Shown here one piece after another: positions 23,368 through 29,052 of a DNA stretch of 29,052 nt. The position numbers and the translations under genes were made by a program. The stretch is from Nanobdellota archaeon. GTDB taxonomy: Archaea > Nanobdellota > Nanobdellia > Pacearchaeales > GW2011-AR1. The stretch covers positions 1 to 29,052 of the forward strand of contig JBBTBN010000025.1 of assembly GCA_038043645.1 (NCBI GenBank). The letters run 5' to 3'. Below the pieces are notes generated by a model, which was not told the origin of the DNA, did not search any database, and saw only the letters and a list, made by a program, of their open reading frames with translations. The first letter of the stretch is position 1, and every line of letters starts with the position of its first letter.

Positions 23368-23673
23368 TTGATCGCTTACATGAAAAGTATGTTCAATTTC
23401 ATTTTCTATTTTATTGAAAACTTTATGAAAGGTTCTTTTTAAATCCCAGTCAACAGCGTCTGCTTCAAGAATTTTTCCAGAATAATTTACTATTGCATGA
23501 ACGCTGAATTTTATTCTTCCTCCAGGGCTGTGTTCTTTTAAATGAATTTTCACAGACTCAACATTTTTTAATTTGTTTTCAATTTTTTTAGAATATTCTC
23601 CCCAAATTTTTTGAAATTCTTCTTTAGTTTTTTCAGTAAGAATTTCGAAACCGATTGTTTTTAAATCAACCAT
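23347..23673 (-). CDS. HPF/RaiA-like (S30EA) ribosome-associated protein
   Basis: VKIHLKE...KFSVHA.V...G.I.EA.A.DWDL...F.K...EI pattern; assignment from fold pattern only. Confidence 0.55.
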   Translation of the reverse strand: MVDLKTIGFEILTEKTKEEFQKIWGEYSKKIENKLKNVESVKIHLKEHSPGGRIKFSVHAIVNYSGKILEADAVDWDLKRTFHKVFNKIENEIEHTFHVSDQRATSRD

Positions 23674-23804
23674 AAAAGATGAAATAAAGAGGTTTATATA
23701 AATTTAATGTTTTTATTTTTATTCAAAACTTATCTCGGGTTTACTGAAGTTATGATGTATTAGATAATGATAAATCTTATAAACATCAATTTAGTAAAAA
23801 TAAA

Positions 23805-24440
23805 ATGGAAAGACTAACAAAAGAGATGACTAAATCTGAAATTGAAAAAGAAGTTTCTAAATGGGGAGAATATGTTCAGATTGATAATCTGACGAGATTT
23901 TTGAAAACAAATCCGGGCATTCCTATCGATGTTAAGAGATTTATAAATCAAAAATTAGGAGAGGTGTATGAAAAAAGAAGAATGTTTTTTGATTCTGCAA
24001 TAAGTTATGAAAAGGTCGGAGAAATGTGCGTTTTGCGTCCAGAAAAACTAAAAAATTTTCTTAAAGCAGTTAATAATTATATACAATCCGGCTATTTTGA
24101 CAGAGCAGATGAAACTGCCAGAAAATGTTTGCGTGAGTCAAGCTCTTCGGAAAGATCAGAAATTTTAAGATCTTTAAAAGAATTTTACAATCAAGAAGCA
24201 GAAAAAGGCATGAAAGAAAACAAAAGAAGCAACACCATAAAAGTTTATGAAAGAATGCTTGAAATGGCTACAATTCCCATTTCAGAAAAAACAGAGATAA
24301 AAGAAAAATTATTAAAACTTTATTTAACCCTCGGAATGATGCCCCAGTATAATAAATTTAAAGGCAGAACTTTTACAGAACAAAAACAAAAAGAGCCTGA
24401 AAGAGAAGAAGTAGAAGGTTTGGAGTTTTTGTATAAATAA
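23805..24440 (+). CDS. Hypothetical alpha-helical (TPR-like) protein
   Basis: Repeated helical motifs (A..YEKVG, AVNNYIQSG.FDRA); CTTATAAA 29 nt upstream. Confidence 0.65.
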   Translation: MERLTKEMTKSEIEKEVSKWGEYVQIDNLTRFLKTNPGIPIDVKRFINQKLGEVYEKRRMFFDSAISYEKVGEMCVLRPEKLKNFLKAVNNYIQSGYFDRADETARKCLRESSSSERSEILRSLKEFYNQEAEKGMKENKRSNTIKVYERMLEMATIPISEKTEIKEKLLKLYLTLGMMPQYNKFKGRTFTEQKQKEPEREEVEGLEFLYK

Positions 24441-24509
24441 TTCTGATTTAATTTTATAACTCCAACTAAAACCCGCAACATTTAAAAATAATAGGAAATA
24501 ATAGATATT

Positions 24510-24677
24510 ATGAATATTGAAATGGAAAATTTAAGAGAAGAGAATGTGGAATTAAAAAGAACTTTAGCTATTCTCATGAATAAGACATTAGTTAAAAAAT
24601 TATCTGAAGCATTGGAAAGAATAAACTCTGGAGAATATGTTTCAGAAGAAGAGTTCTTTAAGAGTTCTCCTCGATAA
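24510..24677 (+). CDS. Small 55-aa protein missing from the ORF track, antitoxin-like
   Basis: MNIEMENLREENVELKRTLAILMNKTLVKKLSEALERINSGEYVSEEEFFKSSPR*; CCCGCAACA-TTTAAAAA starts its TATA exactly 29 nt before the ATG. Confidence 0.7.
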   Translation: MNIEMENLREENVELKRTLAILMNKTLVKKLSEALERINSGEYVSEEEFFKSSPR

Positions 24678-24743
24678 TCTTTATAATTTTTTCTTTTGTT
24701 AAATTTCTAAAAGGTTAGAGTTAATTCTTTTTTATTGAAAAAG

Positions 24744-25214
24744 TTAATACCCCTCTCCATAAAATGAATTCTTTATATAGTTCATAAATTCTTTTTTGTC
24801 TCTTAGATATTTATTTAGTTTATCCATATTAAGAACTGCTTTATCTTTGAATTTTGGATTTGATTCATATTTATTAGAAATTATAAAAACTCTTTCATAC
24901 AGAACTGAAAGTGTTTCAAATAATGAAAGTGTATCTTGTTCTTCTGTGGTGTCGGGACTTTCTCCAATATCTCCTTCTTCAACTAAATTTTTAAAATAAG
25001 CCAAAGACTCTCCATCATTTATTGTTAATTTAGAAACTATTTTTTTATAAATTGAGGGTATCATGAATGCTTTTCTATTATATTTTCTATATGAAAGATA
25101 TTCAAAAAATAATTGTGCATTTTCCCCATCATAATATTCTTCTCCAGATGAGTTCAAAAGACTAAATTCATTTAATATTTCTTCATCTATAATAAATACA
25201 CATTTATCATCCAT
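24744..25214 (-). CDS. Hypothetical protein, possible PIN-like fold
   Basis: VFIIDEEIL N-terminal strand, MIPSIY, D.LSL and IISN motifs loosely follow the PIN pattern. Confidence 0.45.
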   Translation of the reverse strand: MDDKCVFIIDEEILNEFSLLNSSGEEYYDGENAQLFFEYLSYRKYNRKAFMIPSIYKKIVSKLTINDGESLAYFKNLVEEGDIGESPDTTEEQDTLSLFETLSVLYERVFIISNKYESNPKFKDKAVLNMDKLNKYLRDKKEFMNYIKNSFYGEGY

Positions 25215-25248
25215 TAAATTTTTAGAAAGAGGCAGTTTATATATTTAA

Positions 25249-25509
25249 TTAAATAATTTTTTTACCTAAAAATCCTTCTTTTTTTAATGCTTCTTTAAAT
25301 CTCATAGTTGGAGATTGGTTTTTCTCAAATTTTATAATTTTTGGTTCTGCTGGAGAATTTCTTTCTACCCTTACTTCAACCAAATCATCTTTACTTATCC
25401 CCCTTGTTGCTCTTGTTACTTCACTCAATTCACTACCCCTAATAATATTTATACTAATTACTTTGGGATTTTTTTCTTTTGTTTCCATAATAATATTTTC
25501 AGAATCCAT
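25249..25509 (-). CDS. Hypothetical small protein
   Basis: 86-aa ORF directly upstream of the PIN-like ORF. Confidence 0.55.
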   Translation of the reverse strand: MDSENIIMETKEKNPKVISINIIRGSELSEVTRATRGISKDDLVEVRVERNSPAEPKIIKFEKNQSPTMRFKEALKKEGFLGKKII

Positions 25510-25877
25510 CTTTTAAACTTTTCGGCTACCTCTTTTCATAATATTCTTATAACTAATTAAGTTTAAAAATCTATTGCAAATTAAGGAGTAAGGATTGTTT
25601 TTCATAATAAATTAATGTGTAACTTCTATTTATATTTATCTATTTTTTAGATTTAATTTTTTAGGGATAAGAAAAACTTATCCACCCCGTCTCAACAGAA
25701 CCCAAAAATCCCCGCAAACATTTAAAAACTGCTTTTCTTTCTTTTAAGTATTAGAAGAATATCATTGATTATTATTAATCACAATCACTGCTCACATTCG
25801 GTTAGTATTGGCTAAAACTTGTGAAAGAGAATAAATATTTTTCTAAATTAAATAATATATTTAAATTAAAAATAAAA

Positions 25878-27050
25878 ATGGCAAAAATAAGTCCCGTATC
25901 AATAAAATATATGATACATGCGAATTTTACAGCTGAGGGCGCTTTGGAAAAGCCCGACGTAATTGGAGCTTTGTTTGGTCAGACAGAAGGATTGCTTGGC
26001 GCAGACTTGGAAATGAGAGAACTGCAAAAAGAAGGAAAAATCGGCAGAATTGAAGTTGATTTAGAAAGACAAGGTAAAATGACCGTCGGAAAAATTCATA
26101 TTCCAACTGCTTTAGACCAGTCTGAAACAACATTGATTGGCGCAGCTATTGAAACAATTGAACGTATTGGTCCGTGTGATTCTCAAATAGAAATAGACAG
26201 AATTGAAGATGTGAGGGGAAGCAAAAGAGATTACATTTTAGAAAGAGCAAAAAAACTTATGCAGTCAATTGAGGGTTCTTCAAATTCAAGAGAAATTTCA
26301 AAAGAAATCAAAGAATCCCGAAGAACAGACAGCATTCAAAAATATGGAGAAGAAGAACTTCCGTGCGGAGATTTATCTGGACAAGAAATTATTGTAGTTG
26401 AAGGAAGAGCAGATGTTATAAATTTGTTAAAAGTGGGCGTTAATAATGTTATTGGTATGAACGGCACAAAACTTCCAGACTCAATAAAAAAACTTGGAAA
26501 AGAAAAACAATTAACTTTATTTGTTGATGGTGATCGTGGAGGAAAATTAATTATTCAGAATGTTTTGGATAATGCGCAAATTAAGGATATTATAATTGCG
26601 CCAGATGGAAAAGAAGTTGAAGAACTTGCTGGAAAAGAAGTTTTAATGTGTTTAAGAAAAGCAATTCCAGTAGAAGAATATCTAAGAAGAGGATATGTCT
26701 TTAGAGATAGAGAAGAATCCCAAAGTAAAAGCCTTGAAGAATCTGTAGAAGAGCAGGAGAAAATTGAATTAAATGAAGAAAAAAAATCTAAGCTTAAAGA
26801 ATTATTCAAAGAAAATTATGGAAAAGGAAAAGTTCTTATTTTAGATTCTGAATTAAATGAAATAAAAACAATTTCTATAAAAGGATTTGGAGCATCTCTT
26901 GAAAAAATAAAAGACAAACCAAAAATTATTATAATTGACGGAGTTGTTACAAAAAATATTCTTTTAGATGCAGAAGAAGCAGGATGCCAAATAATTGTAG
27001 CAAATAATTTTGCAGCAACAAGCGACAAAATTAAATTGCTTAGCTTTTGA
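25878..27050 (+). CDS. dnaG: Archaeal DNA primase DnaG
   Basis: KY.IHA.F..EG..EKPDVIGALFGQTEGLLG..L..RELQK.GKIGRI, TOPRIM VVEGRADV..L and DGDRGG; start placed at 25878 (MAKISP). Confidence 0.95.
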   Translation: MAKISPVSIKYMIHANFTAEGALEKPDVIGALFGQTEGLLGADLEMRELQKEGKIGRIEVDLERQGKMTVGKIHIPTALDQSETTLIGAAIETIERIGPCDSQIEIDRIEDVRGSKRDYILERAKKLMQSIEGSSNSREISKEIKESRRTDSIQKYGEEELPCGDLSGQEIIVVEGRADVINLLKVGVNNVIGMNGTKLPDSIKKLGKEKQLTLFVDGDRGGKLIIQNVLDNAQIKDIIIAPDGKEVEELAGKEVLMCLRKAIPVEEYLRRGYVFRDREESQSKSLEESVEEQEKIELNEEKKSKLKELFKENYGKGKVLILDSELNEIKTISIKGFGASLEKIKDKPKIIIIDGVVTKNILLDAEEAGCQIIVANNFAATSDKIKLLSF

Positions 27051-27222
27051 TTTTTAAAATCCATATTTCCGTTGCTATTTTTACCCTTAAACTCCTTCAC
27101 CAAATGCTCCTAACACTAAGTTACTTATAAATTAAAAATTAATGTTGTCACCATAAAGTTTATAAAGGACTTTTTCTCCTACATTATATTGAAAACAATG
27201 TTTTCAAACAACTAAACAAAAA

Positions 27223-28440
27223 ATGATAAAAATGAATACAAAAAACCTATTGGTTTTTTTCTTTGCATTGGCAAGCATTCTTTTAGTTGCTAACAATTTT
27301 GTTAGTGCCGGTGCATCAGAACTTGTAACAATTGATCAAATTAAGATTGATGATGTCTTTGCATCTGGAAATGAAGTAGCTGTTGTTGCTGGAGAAACAA
27401 TAACTGTAAAAGTTATGTTCACAGCGTTGCAAAGCGCTTCAGATGTCAAGCTTAAATTAGAGCTTGAAGGCGCAAAAGTTGATGAGGAAGCAGTAACTGC
27501 TCCTTTTACTGTTGAAAAAGGAAAAAAATATAGTAAAACATTGACTTTAACAGTTCCTTACGAACTTCAAGATGAAGTTAGTGATGAATTAACTCTTGAT
27601 GTAAAAATCTGGAATGGCGACTTTAGAACAGAAAGCGACAAAATCAGTTTGAATGTACAAAGACCTTCATATAATGCAGCAATAATGTCAATAGACTCTG
27701 CGCAATCAGTTAAAGCTGGAAAAATTTATTCAGTAGATGTTGTGTTGAAAAATACTGGTTATAGTAGACTTGATGATGTTTATGTAACTATGAAAATTGG
27801 CGCATTAGGTCTTGAGAGATCTTCTTATTTTGGGGATCTTGTAGCTATTGAAAACAAGTATGATGATGACACTGTAACGAAAAGATTCTTAATTGAGATA
27901 CCATCTGACGCTAAAGCAGGCTTATACACTTTTGAAGTGAAAGCTTACAATAATGATTTTAGTGTTAGCCAATCTAAACAAGTTGCTGTAGAAAATGAAT
28001 TTTCAAGCAATGCTGTTGTAGTAGACATGAAAAAATCTGCTTCAGTTGGAAGCGCAACTGAATTTGAGTTAGTAATTGCTAACCCAACAGACAAATTAAG
28101 AGTTTTCAGAATTGTAACTGAATCTAACGGAGATTTAACAACTAGCTCAAACGTGCAATTAGTTTCTGTGCCAGCTGGACAAACTAAGACTATTATCGTA
28201 TCTGCAACCCCTGAATCAAAAGGAGATTACATGTTTGATGTACATCTTTTTGCTGGTGAGGAACTTGTTGATACTGTTAAGCTTGAAGTTTTAGCAGACG
28301 GCAGATCAGCTAAAGGCAGTTCAATTGTTGCTTTAACAATTATACTAGTGATTATTTTCCTAGTATTGTTAGGTGCTTTAATTGCTATTATGAGAAAAAA
28401 TCCAAAACAATCTGAAGAATTTGGAGAAAGCTACTACTAA
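27223..28440 (+). CDS. Secreted, membrane-anchored Ig-like repeat (S-layer-like) protein
   Basis: N-terminal signal peptide, beta-rich repeats (V.LKNTG, I.N...), C-terminal TM helix and basic stop-transfer RK. Confidence 0.75.
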   Translation: MIKMNTKNLLVFFFALASILLVANNFVSAGASELVTIDQIKIDDVFASGNEVAVVAGETITVKVMFTALQSASDVKLKLELEGAKVDEEAVTAPFTVEKGKKYSKTLTLTVPYELQDEVSDELTLDVKIWNGDFRTESDKISLNVQRPSYNAAIMSIDSAQSVKAGKIYSVDVVLKNTGYSRLDDVYVTMKIGALGLERSSYFGDLVAIENKYDDDTVTKRFLIEIPSDAKAGLYTFEVKAYNNDFSVSQSKQVAVENEFSSNAVVVDMKKSASVGSATEFELVIANPTDKLRVFRIVTESNGDLTTSSNVQLVSVPAGQTKTIIVSATPESKGDYMFDVHLFAGEELVDTVKLEVLADGRSAKGSSIVALTIILVIIFLVLLGALIAIMRKNPKQSEEFGESYY

Positions 28441-28490
28441 TTGCTTTTTTTATTTTTTATTTTTTATAATTTTGCTTTCTCCCTTTCTTT
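28441..28490 (+). terminator. Oligo-T terminator region
   Basis: Successive T6-T7 tracts immediately after the stop at 28440. Confidence 0.45.
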
Positions 28491-28536
28491 CTTATATTTA
28501 GAAAGATAATTAAATAACATAAAACAAAAAATCAAT

Positions 28537-29052
28537 ATGGAAGCAAAAATAGGAAAATCATATTTAACTGTTCCTCATGAAGGAGGAGAACTTAGTTTTC
28601 ACTATCCTTCATTTAAAGGAACTTATGAAAATGTTGCAAATGAAATAGATAAAGTGGGATTAAAGAGACCAAATTCTGCTGAAACAGCGTCATTAGTTTA
28701 TGATGCTTGGAAAAATCAAAAAGGAGAAAAAGAATCAGAAATAATTTCAATTCTAAAAAATAATTGGCTTTGGGAGTACACTGGAAATCTTTATCTTCCA
28801 AAATCAAATGAAGAAATAAGCAACGGAGTAATTTTAGAAATTAATCCCAAAATTATAAATGGAGAATTAGCAATGGATAAACATTCTTTAGTTCAAAGAT
28901 TAAAACAAAATGACCCTTTAGTAAAATTCGTTCCATTTGGATTTAAAATAAAAGAACAAAATTTAATTGAACTGCAAAAAAATTCTTATATTATTGCAAG
29001 ATATGGAAAAGAAGGAGCAGAAAAAATTGCAGAAGTTGCTTCAAAATATAAA
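28537..29052 (+). CDS. Hypothetical protein, 3'-partial (runs off the window)
   Basis: ATG at 28537, open for 172 codons to the end: MEAKIGKSYLTVPHEGGELSFHYPSF... Confidence 0.75.
   Translation, partial: MEAKIGKSYLTVPHEGGELSFHYPSFKGTYENVANEIDKVGLKRPNSAETASLVYDAWKNQKGEKESEIISILKNNWLWEYTGNLYLPKSNEEISNGVILEINPKIINGELAMDKHSLVQRLKQNDPLVKFVPFGFKIKEQNLIELQKNSYIIARYGKEGAEKIAEVASKYK

Noticed and set aside
3811-28807. Antisense or nested ORFs in the track (2511, 3811, 4207, 5413, 6708, 8852, 9420, 10729, 14412, 14443, 14969, 17286, 17934, 18385, 18782, 22779, 22858, 24796, 25315, 25927, 26555, 26816, 28613)
   Set aside because: They overlap confidently assigned genes, are mostly Phe/Ile/Ser-rich as expected for reverse complements of Lys/Glu-rich coding DNA, and show no motifs.
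1-29052. tRNA, rRNA or CRISPR array
   Set aside because: No cloverleaf with T-loop/anticodon signatures, no long GC-rich rRNA-like tract, and no regularly spaced repeats were seen. The two ncRNA candidates lack tRNA D/T-loop motifs.

Overview
AT-rich archaeal chromosome segment, most consistent with a DPANN lineage (Pacearchaeota/Woesearchaeota-like; inferred from aIF2-gamma, S6e, aIF5B, archaeal DnaG, a histone-fold protein and TATA-box promoters). Housekeeping genes (eif2g, rps6e, infB, radC, PC4-like SSB, cyclophilin, HPF-like, dnaG, S-layer-like protein) are interleaved with accessory DNA. The most striking signal lies inside a split type I R-M locus (hsdR...hsdS...hsdM): two distantly related ~170-aa RNase H/DUF3800-like ORFs. 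Each is followed 1-2 nt after its stop codon by its own convergently transcribed 79- or 89-nt multi-branched structured RNA with a TATA box 29 nt upstream, the spacing seen for several leaderless mRNAs in this window. This is a candidate protein-ncRNA (toxin/RNA-antitoxin or RNA-bound nuclease) defence module. Other notable items: a Cys-rich peptide plus radical SAM pair apparently truncated by an IS200/IS605-type end; a HEPN-MNT-histone cassette bounded by a perfect 71-bp duplication of the 3' end of a Cas4/RecB-like nuclease gene; a ~64-bp palindromic repeat inserted in frame in aIF5B and overlapping the 3' end of an HPF-like gene; and an 808-aa PolB-like protein with intact exonuclease but degenerate polymerase motifs. 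No rRNA, tRNA or CRISPR array was recognised. All family assignments are by motif recognition only; no database searches were run.
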